From a virus (lineage: Duplodnaviria > Caudoviricetes), in IMG/VR virus record IMGVR_UViG_2597489997_000001, positions 64,001 through 128,000 of that record: DNA of 64,000 nt. One strand, 5' to 3'. This document shows, piece after piece, positions 16,718-27,353 of this stretch. The position numbers were made by a program, and so were the translations under genes. The notes beneath the pieces were generated by a model. The model was not told where the DNA came from. It saw only the letters and a program-made list of their open reading frames with translations, and made no database searches. Within the stretch, counting starts at the first letter, position 1; the number at the start of each line of letters is the position of its first letter.

Positions 16718-18049
16718 ATGTTAGATATTAACTTTCTGAATCCCAAAGCCCCGCTGAACTTTGCGGGCATGGAGTTTATGGACTATGTTAGTTCTGACCT
16801 CTATCCTAGCCTCATCAAGTTTTTCAGTGACTATACTTTCATCGATGAAGAAACTGGACTTGAACGCATCAACGTAAGTAAAGAATCCGTAGAACGTTTC
16901 CATGACATCGTTTTCCCACTTACCGGAATGGACGTACTGTTCACCGAAAACGCACTCATCGGAAACATGGCGGTCGATGTAGGATACTTGTCCCCGCATA
17001 ACCTTTTAAATATCGCTGCGCTGGATATGTACATCGATAAAGAAGAAACTAACGTTGCCCGTGCAATGAAAGTTCTTAAGACTGATGTTCTCAAGGGTTG
17101 GGTTGATACCTCTACCGGTAAAATTGGTGGAGATTTTAGCAAGGTACCTATTACCATTTCTGTCAACGTTTGGGCTGACGAGTGGATGAAACGCAAAGTC
17201 CTGGCTAAACTGAAAATCAGTCTCCCTGAAGCACTGGCTATAACCGTGTGTCACGAATTGGGCCACGTCTTTACTGGTTTCCTTTATGTTACCCGCACTT
17301 GCTTCGATGCCATTCTTCCGGTCATCGCTATTAAGCAAGTTTGTGGTGGAAGCATCTACGGTAAAGAGCGCGCAACTATTATTAACGATACATTGAAAGA
17401 GTTGGATATCCCACCAACCGCCAAAGTAGAAGAGGTAGCCAGAATGGAAGAAGACCAATTAGCGGTCTACTTCAGCAAAGCTATCAATAACCGAGACCTG
17501 AACCGCACCTTGTCAATTGGTGGTGCGTATCGTGGCTCTGAAGTATTGGCTGACCTTTATGCTGTCCGTATGGGCTGTCCTAAAGCAATGTTGGCTGCTG
17601 CGGGTGCGCTGAAAAGTACGTTCCCTGATAAAGGCACGGCTGTCCTCGGTGGTATCACCTTCTTCCTGGCTGTAGCCGGTACATCAGTCCTGGCAGGTTT
17701 TGCTGGTGTTATTTTTGCTGGTATGTTGCTTTTACGCTTTGGTGCGTACAACATCCCTAACCCTTCGTATGACGCTCCTTATCGTCGCATGAAGAATATC
17801 CTTCGCGATACCGTTGTTCGTCTGAATGATGATAAAGGGATGGATAAACGTGAAAAGGCTAAACTCCTGGCTTCGGCTAAAGAGATGGAGACTATGATCT
17901 CCGACTCCAAACCTTTCTTTGAAGGAACTGGTGTCCAACGTCTCGTGGGGTATATCCTTTCCGGTACTGACTTCCGGGCTGCTGACTTCGAGCATTACAC
18001 CGAAGAACTCATTGGCCATACTCTGTCACTTTATAAAGAAGCTTTCTAA
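16718..18049 (+). CDS. Putative virion protein with zincin metallopeptidase motif and hydrophobic hairpin
   Basis: HELGH plus EVLADLYAVRMG (M48-like); long hydrophobic stretch AVLGGITFFLAV...GMLLL; AGMEF site; GGAG RBS before ATG 16718. Confidence 0.65.
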   Translation: MLDINFLNPKAPLNFAGMEFMDYVSSDLYPSLIKFFSDYTFIDEETGLERINVSKESVERFHDIVFPLTGMDVLFTENALIGNMAVDVGYLSPHNLLNIAALDMYIDKEETNVARAMKVLKTDVLKGWVDTSTGKIGGDFSKVPITISVNVWADEWMKRKVLAKLKISLPEALAITVCHELGHVFTGFLYVTRTCFDAILPVIAIKQVCGGSIYGKERATIINDTLKELDIPPTAKVEEVARMEEDQLAVYFSKAINNRDLNRTLSIGGAYRGSEVLADLYAVRMGCPKAMLAAAGALKSTFPDKGTAVLGGITFFLAVAGTSVLAGFAGVIFAGMLLLRFGAYNIPNPSYDAPYRRMKNILRDTVVRLNDDKGMDKREKAKLLASAKEMETMISDSKPFFEGTGVQRLVGYILSGTDFRAADFEHYTEELIGHTLSLYKEAF

Positions 18050-18058
18050 GGAATAACC

Positions 18059-18490
18059 ATGTCTCATTTGGCTCACATTGTAAAACTTAAGCAAGACCTG
18101 ATCGCTAATAAAGTGGTCGCTCCTGCTGATCAAATCGCAGTGGTTCGTACCGCTTATGTTAAAGCACTCATCAATGTTAACGCTGTTAACAAGTTGGATG
18201 AAGATCAGTGCATTAACTTTAACCGTTTCGTACTGGGCTACTGGAATGAAGTAACTCCTGTAAACGGTCCACTGGTCATGGCTATGATCGGTAAGTTCTT
18301 CCGTTCCTTCGACGCGTTTGTCGCTAGCACTATTACCGCCAACACTTTGGAAATCCAGGTAGTTGATAAAGTAGAAGGTGTCGACTTCAAATGGGAAGAA
18401 TTGGATTCTTACCGTGAACTGGTACAGACTCTGATTGCTGAAGGTAAGCACAAGCTGGAACAATTCCTGCCTACCGATAACATCGTTTAA
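18059..18490 (+). CDS. Putative virion structural protein
   Basis: TAAGGA RBS; lies in the structural operon. Confidence 0.65.
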   Translation: MSHLAHIVKLKQDLIANKVVAPADQIAVVRTAYVKALINVNAVNKLDEDQCINFNRFVLGYWNEVTPVNGPLVMAMIGKFFRSFDAFVASTITANTLEIQVVDKVEGVDFKWEELDSYRELVQTLIAEGKHKLEQFLPTDNIV

Positions 18491-18502
18491 TCTGGAGCTA
18501 TC

Positions 18503-20086
18503 ATGTCCGAAGAAAAGAAAGATCAAAAGACTGATAGCGAATCCGTAGAGCTGGGGTCAGTACTCCAGCTTCACCCTCACAAGCCAACCACTAAAGTTAA
18601 TACGGTTGATCGTAAGGACGGAGAAGAATACATCTCTCTTGATGATGTATACGAAGTTACCGGTCAGGAATCACTTCAAATCCTTGCGGCTAACTGTCGT
18701 GAGTTTATGAATAACAAACGCCTGGCTCCATCAGGATACACTGTGCTGCTTCTGGCGGGCAATGAATCCATGATCCCTGGCTATGACCGTTATAATGCGG
18801 TTAAAGGCGGAGAGGGCTTCCTGGAAGCTCTGAAGAAAGGTTTCGTCATTATCATCAAGAACGCTAAGCGTTTTATTATCGCAGTGATCGATTGGGGTGT
18901 GGCGCGCTTGCGTGCTTTGCTGGCTTTCGAGAAAACTGAGAAAGAACTGGCTATTATTGCTAGCGTATCCAAAGAAGTTAAAACTAAACTTCTGGGTATC
19001 CTCAGTGAACTTGCTGATGGTGAGAAAGTTCCTTTCGATACAGCTGAACTTTACGCTGCCCTGCCAGGCAATATCACAAGTACTGACGCATTCTCCATTG
19101 TGCGTGGTGGAATCAATAAAGGTATCACCGCTCAGATGAAGAACTTCCAGTCTGTAGTGAAAGATCTGGATGCTGCTTCTCAGCTGATGATTCGTGCCGG
19201 TATGGATGCGAAGAACTCACGTAGTCGTTATCAAATGGCAGTGCGTAAATTACGTCAGGCGTTCCGTGACCGTGAATCGTTCTCTGCTGCTGATGTAACT
19301 GAGTTCCGTCATGCTATCGATAAAGAGCTGGTAGAAGCTCTGAACCCAGAACCAATGCGTGATATGCTCGATAAGATCATTACTCGTGTATATGACATTG
19401 ATTTGGGCAACATCGGTCTTGATGGTGCGTTTAAAGATAACCTTCGCAAACAACGTGAAGAACTGACTAAAACTGTTCAGGTTAAAGTTACCCCTGAAGA
19501 GTATGAAGAGTATCGTGGGATTGCTAGTAACCTGGCAGTCACAATGCTCAAGCAGTCTTCCGATCGTTTCGATGCTAACCAACTTGCAGTACTGAAAGAC
19601 GCACTGGAAGTTAAAGATGCCGAACTTATTGAAGAGATTCAAAATGCGTTCCCAGAACACGGCGTACTTTCTACAAGCTACACTGCTTATGCTGCTCATA
19701 TATCTGAGTACGTATCAACCATGGAATACCTGGTAAACGTTTGCGGTAACGTCCGTCGTTCTATCGCTAGCATTATCAACTGGGGTAATAAGGTTGACCG
19801 TCTGATGTTCTCCTACATCACCAAAGACATCTCAACTATTCTGGCTGCTGAAGATGAGCTACTCTCTAAAGAGAAAGTAGATGATCTGGCCGCTAAAGAT
19901 AAAGATGGTAAACGTGTCGATTCTATTTTGAATATCGATTACGATGCTACCTTTATTGCTAAGCACCCTGTCTATGGTCGAGCTATTCAAGCTTATCGTT
20001 TTGAAACCAGTAAGCTTCGTCAGAAGTTTAAAATGATTGATGAAGTGAATAAGCTTCTGAAGTCTATCGGTGCAAGGACTATCTAA
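18503..20086 (+). CDS. Putative processed head protein (527 aa)
   Basis: TGQES, AGNES and GGEGFL sites followed by an amphipathic helix; GGAG RBS. Confidence 0.65.
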   Translation: MSEEKKDQKTDSESVELGSVLQLHPHKPTTKVNTVDRKDGEEYISLDDVYEVTGQESLQILAANCREFMNNKRLAPSGYTVLLLAGNESMIPGYDRYNAVKGGEGFLEALKKGFVIIIKNAKRFIIAVIDWGVARLRALLAFEKTEKELAIIASVSKEVKTKLLGILSELADGEKVPFDTAELYAALPGNITSTDAFSIVRGGINKGITAQMKNFQSVVKDLDAASQLMIRAGMDAKNSRSRYQMAVRKLRQAFRDRESFSAADVTEFRHAIDKELVEALNPEPMRDMLDKIITRVYDIDLGNIGLDGAFKDNLRKQREELTKTVQVKVTPEEYEEYRGIASNLAVTMLKQSSDRFDANQLAVLKDALEVKDAELIEEIQNAFPEHGVLSTSYTAYAAHISEYVSTMEYLVNVCGNVRRSIASIINWGNKVDRLMFSYITKDISTILAAEDELLSKEKVDDLAAKDKDGKRVDSILNIDYDATFIAKHPVYGRAIQAYRFETSKLRQKFKMIDEVNKLLKSIGARTI

Positions 20087-20737
20087 ATGCAGAAAGAAGA
20101 TCTGTACGCACTCATTGACCAACTGACTATTGACCAGGAACGTTATAACAAGTTCAAGGACTATACGCTCACGTTCGTCAGAGATAAGCGTTGTCGTAAA
20201 GGCGCACTGGCGTTTGTAGAAGAAGTATTTAATCTTCCACAGATTTCAGGGCGTGATGAATTGGCTCTGAGGTTGTTCTCTGAAAAGAGTTTACAAAACT
20301 CCAGAATGGTTGAAGATTTTATCTTTACCCATCCTATCACCATTGGGTATTCAGAAGCCCTCAAAACAGCCAGACTGGATTTGATGAAGAAGGTCGGTGA
20401 ATATATCATCGATATCTCTCGTCGTCTTACAGAGTCTGAGATTGCTGATAAAGATGAACGTCAAGTTTATCTTCGTCGTGCAGTAGCAAGACTGTATAAG
20501 GTTTCCTGGCGTCGTACTCAGGTCACTATCCAAGCTGATCAATGGCATGAGGTAGAACCTGAAGATATCCCTTATCTGACCGAGACCCTTGATGAACTGA
20601 CGAATCGTATTTCTGATACCCGTCGTTTCCTGATTTGGTCTGATCAGTATGGTGATAGCTTTGGTCTGGATGATGAGAAGACACTCAAATCTCTTCGCAC
20701 CTATTTAGACTATCTGGATACCTATCTGGAATACTAA
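20087..20737 (+). CDS. Hypothetical protein (216 aa)
   Basis: AAGGA RBS; abuts the upstream stop. Confidence 0.7.
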   Translation: MQKEDLYALIDQLTIDQERYNKFKDYTLTFVRDKRCRKGALAFVEEVFNLPQISGRDELALRLFSEKSLQNSRMVEDFIFTHPITIGYSEALKTARLDLMKKVGEYIIDISRRLTESEIADKDERQVYLRRAVARLYKVSWRRTQVTIQADQWHEVEPEDIPYLTETLDELTNRISDTRRFLIWSDQYGDSFGLDDEKTLKSLRTYLDYLDTYLEY

Positions 20738-20747
20738 CAGCATAAAT

Positions 20748-20779
20748 CCCCTACCCCTCCTTGACGGAGTGGGTAGGGG
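20748..20779. repeat. 32-bp hairpin element, exact inverted copy of 14841-14872; probable bidirectional terminator
   Basis: CCCCTACCCCTCCTTGACGGAGTGGGTAGGGG flanked by CATAAAT and TTATGTTTG. Confidence 0.85.
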
Positions 20780-20794
20780 TTATGTTTGTTTCTT

Positions 20795-23773
20795 TTATTC
20801 TTCGATGAAGTGACGTTTGAACTGAACTTCGATATCTTCCTTAATGGTGAGATAACGGTCAGCTGTTTGGTCAATCACCTTACGAACACTGAATCCATTC
20901 GTGGTGTCGATGTTGGTAATGATGTCAATACCCATCGTGCCAGCATTACCGATAACCTTAACGTTAAGAACATCAGAGCCAGCATTCTGACGAAGCTTAG
21001 CAGTGATCTCACTGATACCAACAGTATCCTGACGAAGGATTTCGTTGATGATGCGGTGAGTTGACGTAATGAGACTATCTTTGAGGTTCTGGTTACGCAG
21101 ACCTTCTTTGGTGAGAGAGTAAGTAACACCGAAGGTAAGATCTGTTTTGAGAATACGTTCGATTGCTTCGTTGTAAACCACGCGAGTGTAACCCATGGTG
21201 GAACGAGGTTTGAACACCAACTTAGTTTCATCGAGAGTAATGCGGTTGTATTCATCAAGCTGGGAAATAACTTCATCAACGAAGAAGTCATCGATACGAT
21301 CCATATAGTTCGTATCATACTCATCCTGAGAAACCATATAGTTATAGTCGAACCCAATGAAGTCGAAGTAATACTTCATCTTGCGAGGTTCTAACGGAAT
21401 AGGGAAACCTTGATCGTCGTACATGGTCTGACCCTTTGTAAACTTCCAGACAGGCTTACCGTCAGAAGTAAAGCGTTGGGTACCGGCTTTATGAACAATG
21501 ATAGGTTTCTTATTATCATCTAATACCAGTTTCTCAAATGGCTCGCCGTTAGGCATAATAACCGTTTCAGTCTGGTAGATGTTTTCCGCGTAAGTATCAG
21601 GAACGTCAGCAGTATACTTCTTGTACTGTGCTTCACCGACCATAGGGCGGATACGAGAGTACAGCGATTCCAGAGGGCGACCAAATTCAACAGCATACTC
21701 GGTTTCAATCATCGAGATGGTAGTTGAACTAAACAGGGTCTGGTCAATCTTCATATCCGACTTAGACAGCAACTGGTTACCAGGACCGCTGTAAGTGAAG
21801 ATGAAGTTAGCAATCGTTGACAGATCTACAAACGTATGGTCTTGTGGTCTACCGAACTGATTGAACCCAGCCATGTCAATTTGGTTACCGTCATCAATAT
21901 CAAACTTAGTATCGATGCGGAATGAGAAGATGCGTTCTTTTGTATCAGCGTCAATACCATCAAACTTAGCACGCATCGTAGCAGGAGATGTTGTCCCGAT
22001 AGGAGTAAGGCTAAGCTGTACACCAACAAGTTCATCACTGATTTGTTTATAAGAATCAGAAGACTGAGTGCGGATGGAGATCGTGTAACCTTTAGGGTCT
22101 GCCGCGATGTTGATTTGACCAACACCAACCTGCACACCTAAGTTAACGTTCTCGAAACGGAATGTCTGATACTTAATGGTAGGACGGCTAAGACGATAGA
22201 TACGAACAGCTGCTCGATCCTTGGTGGTATCGAAGACGTAGGCAAATGGGTTATAGACCATCGACCGTTTAGTCATCGTATCAATCTTGTTCTGGTTAGT
22301 AGAACCTAAGAGCGTATCGATCTCATGCTTACTTACCAGGAACGGAGTTTGCTGTGTAATATCAAATGCCCCGCGTTGTAGCAGGGTGATACGTTTACCA
22401 TTGTCAATCCCCCAACCCGTTCCAACAATCTCATCCAGGGACGTTAGGAGTGATCCTACATGCGTACCGATAGAAGAGTTGAAGCGAGTGAACGAACTGT
22501 CATTAAACAGTTTGTCTTCCTGAATAGGGAGATCTTTGGTTACACGATACAAACGAGATGTCACGTGGTCAATGGAGCGAACAGAAGAATAACCATTACG
22601 CAGCATGAATTGAGAGATGTCTGAGTTACTGACCGGAATCAGACGGCGACGGTGGCCGTAGATCATCAGGTTCTTCAGTTCTTCAAACGGAGTAGCGTCA
22701 CGACCACCAGTGATTGGATCAATGGAGTCGATCAGTACATCATCAATACGACGGAAGGGTTCCTCGTAAGTGCTGAGTTTACCTTTGTCATTATTGTAGT
22801 TGTAATACTTCGCTGAATGATACTGAGTTTTAAGTGTGGTCAGATCTCGGTAGTAAACACCTTTGGTGGTGTAAACCAAAATTGACACACGTCCAATAGC
22901 AGAACCGTTCTGAATATAAACAGAAGGTATCGAAGCTTCAAATGTCGTGTCATCAATGACGTCAACAACCAGAGTCGGGAGAGTCGGGTTATAAACTTCA
23001 TTGTTATAAATGACGGACATTTCATTACGCTGACTTGTTCCATCTGGAGTGATGAAAGCACGGACCGCATAAAGACTATCTTCGAAAGTCACTGGTTCTC
23101 TGAAACCTGTCGCGTTGTTGACTGGACGGTTTGGAATCTCAGTAATGTGTAGCTGACGTAATGGGAGTTCGATAGTCAGATAACGACGGTTGTCGATATC
23201 CAGATGACCGATCTCCGGGGTGTTCGTGGTTAGAGGTTTCAAAGGAGATTGACGATCACTATCGTAGACCACCTGATACCCACCGTGTTCCATCACACGA
23301 ATCTCTACAGGGTTTTCCAGAAGGAATGGAAGACCTGCTACGTCGAATTCAGTATCCCCAGGGATAACCAGCTTACGGTAACGGTTGTTTAAGTTACCAT
23401 CAACATTATCAAAAGGAATAGAAAAACGATCCAGAGACTCTTGCGAGATAATAAAACGGATTTTCGTGTCTGACGGCTCAGCAAATATACCATACCAATC
23501 CTCATCTGACATTTGTTTAGAGAGATCAGAAATATTTCTGGCATGAACCTTAAAGGTCTTGGCCTCACTGTCACCTAAGCGAGAGATGAAACCATAGTTA
23601 GTTCCAACTACCAAATCCACCGCATAAGCAAATGGATGGTCTGTGGAGTTGAGAGTACCAGCGCCTGCGCTGAATGCACTCTCGATATCATTAAACACGG
23701 TAGCAATAACACGTGAGGGGTTATTACTAATTCGTGCGAGTTCGTCAAAGTCCATACTCATCTTGGTACCCAC
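20795..23773 (-). CDS. Baseplate wedge protein (T4 gp6-like; phiKZ gp87-like)
   Basis: 992 aa; motifs VYTTKG and ITGGRDATPFEELK resemble the gp6/baseplate J GG.D.E..EELK signature; synteny. Confidence 0.65.
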   Translation of the reverse strand: MGTKMSMDFDELARISNNPSRVIATVFNDIESAFSAGAGTLNSTDHPFAYAVDLVVGTNYGFISRLGDSEAKTFKVHARNISDLSKQMSDEDWYGIFAEPSDTKIRFIISQESLDRFSIPFDNVDGNLNNRYRKLVIPGDTEFDVAGLPFLLENPVEIRVMEHGGYQVVYDSDRQSPLKPLTTNTPEIGHLDIDNRRYLTIELPLRQLHITEIPNRPVNNATGFREPVTFEDSLYAVRAFITPDGTSQRNEMSVIYNNEVYNPTLPTLVVDVIDDTTFEASIPSVYIQNGSAIGRVSILVYTTKGVYYRDLTTLKTQYHSAKYYNYNNDKGKLSTYEEPFRRIDDVLIDSIDPITGGRDATPFEELKNLMIYGHRRRLIPVSNSDISQFMLRNGYSSVRSIDHVTSRLYRVTKDLPIQEDKLFNDSSFTRFNSSIGTHVGSLLTSLDEIVGTGWGIDNGKRITLLQRGAFDITQQTPFLVSKHEIDTLLGSTNQNKIDTMTKRSMVYNPFAYVFDTTKDRAAVRIYRLSRPTIKYQTFRFENVNLGVQVGVGQINIAADPKGYTISIRTQSSDSYKQISDELVGVQLSLTPIGTTSPATMRAKFDGIDADTKERIFSFRIDTKFDIDDGNQIDMAGFNQFGRPQDHTFVDLSTIANFIFTYSGPGNQLLSKSDMKIDQTLFSSTTISMIETEYAVEFGRPLESLYSRIRPMVGEAQYKKYTADVPDTYAENIYQTETVIMPNGEPFEKLVLDDNKKPIIVHKAGTQRFTSDGKPVWKFTKGQTMYDDQGFPIPLEPRKMKYYFDFIGFDYNYMVSQDEYDTNYMDRIDDFFVDEVISQLDEYNRITLDETKLVFKPRSTMGYTRVVYNEAIERILKTDLTFGVTYSLTKEGLRNQNLKDSLITSTHRIINEILRQDTVGISEITAKLRQNAGSDVLNVKVIGNAGTMGIDIITNIDTTNGFSVRKVIDQTADRYLTIKEDIEVQFKRHFIEE

Positions 23774-24837
23774 CAGGTTAATTTAATACCCGTTCTTGCG
23801 ACAGTACGTCCGCCCTCACCTTTTATCTCAGCAGTACGAGGAAGAAGCAAAGGACTGGCACCGTAGTTATAAGGTATATATTCATCGGACTTAAGTTCAC
23901 GGTAAAGACGATTACGGTTCTCTGGTCGCATACCTTTATTATACTCAAAAGTATGTTCGTTGAATGATTGGATTAAGCCCCACTCATCCATGCGCATGCC
24001 AGCAGAAGAGAACTGAACTGTAAAGTCGTCTTGTCCTTCGCCACGGAGTGTGGTGGAGGTATTATCGATGTTCGCAATAGAACCGGCTGGGTATGTTACC
24101 GGAATAGATTGAACGGTAGCAAAGATATGCTCAAGGAACTCAGAGTCCTTGTTCATTATAAGGTGATAGATACGGCAATCGTAATCAATACGGTTACTCA
24201 TCAAGTACCAGTCACGAGGACCAACTTGTCTGTCACCGGAAGTTACTTCAGAGATATAATCTTCCCAGTATTGGAACAGGGCTTGAATCACAGAAGGCTT
24301 CGGATTGTAGTAAGCTTGCTGAATAGTGAAGACACCATTCGACTCTAACTTACTGGCAACACGTTGATAAACCTGCTGTCTCATTCCTGGTTCACTGGTA
24401 TCAATAGAGATTTGAAGATCGTCGAACCCAGTAGACGTTTTAAGATATTCTGTCAACACCGGTATAAAAGGAAACTGATTATTCAGCCCTACCGGGTTGT
24501 TTGCAGCACCCCAACGTTCGTCCAGCATTCCTCGGACATAGGCACCAACACTATACTGACTTGCGCCGAACAGACTAACCAGTTTCTCTGAACGACTGAT
24601 GTTATCATCAGACAGATTCAGCTGGGGCCTTGTTACGAGCGACAATCCTATGGTGTTATCGGCCATAGGCATCATTGCCGGGCCTTTACCTAGTATCCTA
24701 ATTCCTCTCATGGAATTAAGCATTGGTGAAATATAGCCAGGAGAAGTACCGGACAAGAGTGCAGCGTCAAATATGTCTTTTCGCTTTTCTAGGTTCTCCC
24801 CTGAATAATTTGTAAAATTATTTTCATCTTGATCCAT
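23758..24837 (-). CDS. Virion structural protein, tail tube/baseplate-like (phiKZ gp88-like)
   Basis: GAGGT RBS before ATG 24837; LFQYWEDYI and FTVQF motifs suggest a tube-type fold; synteny. Confidence 0.55.
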   Translation of the reverse strand: MDQDENNFTNYSGENLEKRKDIFDAALLSGTSPGYISPMLNSMRGIRILGKGPAMMPMADNTIGLSLVTRPQLNLSDDNISRSEKLVSLFGASQYSVGAYVRGMLDERWGAANNPVGLNNQFPFIPVLTEYLKTSTGFDDLQISIDTSEPGMRQQVYQRVASKLESNGVFTIQQAYYNPKPSVIQALFQYWEDYISEVTSGDRQVGPRDWYLMSNRIDYDCRIYHLIMNKDSEFLEHIFATVQSIPVTYPAGSIANIDNTSTTLRGEGQDDFTVQFSSAGMRMDEWGLIQSFNEHTFEYNKGMRPENRNRLYRELKSDEYIPYNYGASPLLLPRTAEIKGEGGRTVARTGIKLTWWVPR

Positions 24838-24862
24838 ATAAGACCTCAAAACGGAGCATTCA

Positions 24863-25954
24863 ATGATTCCTCAACTCTTAACTTTTGGGAGCGTCATGAC
24901 CCAATTGGCGACTACCATCGGTGTCGCAAAGGAAGGGGCGGCCGGAGCTAAAAAAGTTTTAGACACAGCCTCTTCAGCATACAATGTTTTAAACACGAAC
25001 AGTGTATCGCAGTCCGCCGGTCGTACTCTCATCGCACCAATGGTTGCCGTAGAAAATACATTACTTCATCAGGAATACATGTCAGACCTGATGACTGTGA
25101 TCAACCTGCGTGATATCAAAGATGCATTAACCCACCTGGCTATGCAGGGTTCTGTTAATGGTATCAAGATTGGTTCACTGGTAGATTCTATTAACCCACG
25201 TCGTGCTGGGCTGTTGTCACTGCAAGGTGCCGAAGCATTCGGCGGTGGTAACTCCTGGAATGCAGCAGATAAGAGCAACAAAACCATTGAGAACCGCGTG
25301 ACAGTTGCCGGTAAACAAATGGCTGATCTTACTGAGTATACCCCACTGGCTATCGGTCGTACTGTAGAAGCATCTGCACAGATCGATGGTGTTCAGGTAT
25401 CATTCCCTCTGACCTTCCGTCAGATTCCAGTTCCAGTATCTTCAAATGATCTTCAAACCATCTTTGAAGCAGCTCGTCCTGAAGATGGAATGTTTGCTCG
25501 TTTCATGATGTGGCGTGCTGGTGAAATCACCACTCCTGAATTCCTGACTGGTACTGACCAGATCAAACGTGAGTTCAACATCCGTAAAGACGATATGTCT
25601 GGCTACTATAAAGAAGCTATGGATCGTCAAGCTAAAAACCGTCTCGCTTCTCTGCGTACTGGCGTGCTGAGCATGAACACAATGGCTAACACCATTATCA
25701 TGTCTTCTGACACGGCTCGCAATATCGAACTCGAACTGGGTGTTCGCTTCGATGGTGACGGTATCAACAAAATCAAAAAATCTGTACTGGCTAACACCAT
25801 TGTTGTGGTTGATGACGGTATGGGTGTCTTCACGTTCTATTCTTCTTCGACTAACCGTCCTGAAGAATACACCCGTCGTGAAATCACCGTCGTGTCCAAG
25901 AAGGATACTTCTCTGGACTTGAACTCTCTGATGAAAATGTTTGGTGGGCGTTAA
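24863..25954 (+). CDS. Head/inner-body protein (phiKZ gp89-like)
   Basis: GGAG RBS; QGAEAF site; position divergent from the baseplate genes. Confidence 0.55.
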   Translation: MIPQLLTFGSVMTQLATTIGVAKEGAAGAKKVLDTASSAYNVLNTNSVSQSAGRTLIAPMVAVENTLLHQEYMSDLMTVINLRDIKDALTHLAMQGSVNGIKIGSLVDSINPRRAGLLSLQGAEAFGGGNSWNAADKSNKTIENRVTVAGKQMADLTEYTPLAIGRTVEASAQIDGVQVSFPLTFRQIPVPVSSNDLQTIFEAARPEDGMFARFMMWRAGEITTPEFLTGTDQIKREFNIRKDDMSGYYKEAMDRQAKNRLASLRTGVLSMNTMANTIIMSSDTARNIELELGVRFDGDGINKIKKSVLANTIVVVDDGMGVFTFYSSSTNRPEEYTRREITVVSKKDTSLDLNSLMKMFGGR

Positions 25955-25957
25955 TCC

Positions 25958-26839
25958 ATGATCATTATTAATGAAACACCTAAGGGTGATGTAGTCGAGG
26001 CCATCAATGATGAACTTGATCATGTCACTGGTCTTCGCGATACCCTGAGTCTGCTGAATGATTCTGGTAAAGCTAACGTCGATACCCTGGAAGGTTACGT
26101 TCAACGTAACGCCGTTCTGAAGAGTATCGAGTCTCAGCTGAAACAGTCTCTGTCTCCACGTGCTACTCTTATTAGTGCATTAGAGAATAGTACCGAACAG
26201 CTGGCTCTGTGGATCCCTAAACTGTCCGACCGTATCAATAAAGGTAGCACCAAGGTCTTTGACCGTGAAACCGTTACCTTTAAAGAGAAAGGAATCCTGG
26301 ACATCGTTGCAGGTATCAACTTCTTCAACCGTTACGCCACCATGGTTCTGGATATCCTCCTGAGTCAGGCTAACAAAGAAGAACGTCTGGAAAACTATCT
26401 GGGCAAAGTTGATTTCGCATTCTTCAACTCCACTTCCAAATACTTCGCTCACTTGCTGGTGAAATTCAGTGAGTCTGTTAAGAACCTGGAAGCTCAGATC
26501 GATGCACTGTCTGACGAAACCTACGATTCTGCATCAGAAGAGATCATTAGTGCCCAGCTGGGTGCTAGCGCTGTGTCCGTTAAGAACATGGCTCCTCATG
26601 AGCTGAACCCGCTGCACTGGTACAAGCGCCGTCAGATGAAAGGTGATGTTAAGACCCTGGTTAAATCCGGTCAAGACATTGACATGCTGGCAATGAAGAT
26701 TGCACGTCTGAACAACCGTCGTAATGGTACTGACAACCCGGATCTGGATCGTCAGATTGAAACTTACCAGGATGCTATCCTGAAGAAACGCGCGAACATG
26801 GTTCGTATCGAGAGCAAATACAATGGCAACAGAGTTTAA
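25958..26839 (+). CDS. Head/inner-body protein (phiKZ gp90-like)
   Basis: Helical 293-aa ORF with strong codon bias; synteny. Confidence 0.55.
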   Translation: MIIINETPKGDVVEAINDELDHVTGLRDTLSLLNDSGKANVDTLEGYVQRNAVLKSIESQLKQSLSPRATLISALENSTEQLALWIPKLSDRINKGSTKVFDRETVTFKEKGILDIVAGINFFNRYATMVLDILLSQANKEERLENYLGKVDFAFFNSTSKYFAHLLVKFSESVKNLEAQIDALSDETYDSASEEIISAQLGASAVSVKNMAPHELNPLHWYKRRQMKGDVKTLVKSGQDIDMLAMKIARLNNRRNGTDNPDLDRQIETYQDAILKKRANMVRIESKYNGNRV

Positions 26840-27353
26840 GCATCTTAAATTCGGTCTGGTTCCATCTGCTTTAGATATGGGTGTTGTTGAGAACAGCGAA
26901 ACCGTTGCAAAGAGTTTCCTTGATGCTTTCAACGGTTTTGGTCTGATGCAGGATAACAACTCTCACGTCGAAGTGTTCCAGGTCATGCGTCGTTACATCG
27001 GCAAGGATTTCCGTAACTGGCTGATCGTTAACTTCCGTCATGGTGCTGGCGCTCGTAAAGAGCTGGTAAGAAAGATTGTTGGTTATGTAGAAGGTCGTAT
27101 CTCTGGTCGTTCTGTAATTGGGCAACTGAATATCGACTTCAACCGCATCCAGCATATCTCTGCCAACGGTGAACCGATCACTACATCTATCATCTATGAT
27201 GAGTATGATGAATCCCGTAACAAGTACCGTGTAGAGGACGTTGACTTCAATTCAATTGATGATCGTCACCTGTACGACTTCATGGCACTCATTGGTCCAG
27301 AGATGGCTGCTAAGTTTATCCTGAGCATGGATGGTATCTTCTATGACCGCTAG
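26823..27353 (+). CDS. Putative virion structural protein
   Basis: Overlaps the upstream gene; in the head operon. Confidence 0.6.
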   Translation: MATEFKHLKFGLVPSALDMGVVENSETVAKSFLDAFNGFGLMQDNNSHVEVFQVMRRYIGKDFRNWLIVNFRHGAGARKELVRKIVGYVEGRISGRSVIGQLNIDFNRIQHISANGEPITTSIIYDEYDESRNKYRVEDVDFNSIDDRHLYDFMALIGPEMAAKFILSMDGIFYDR

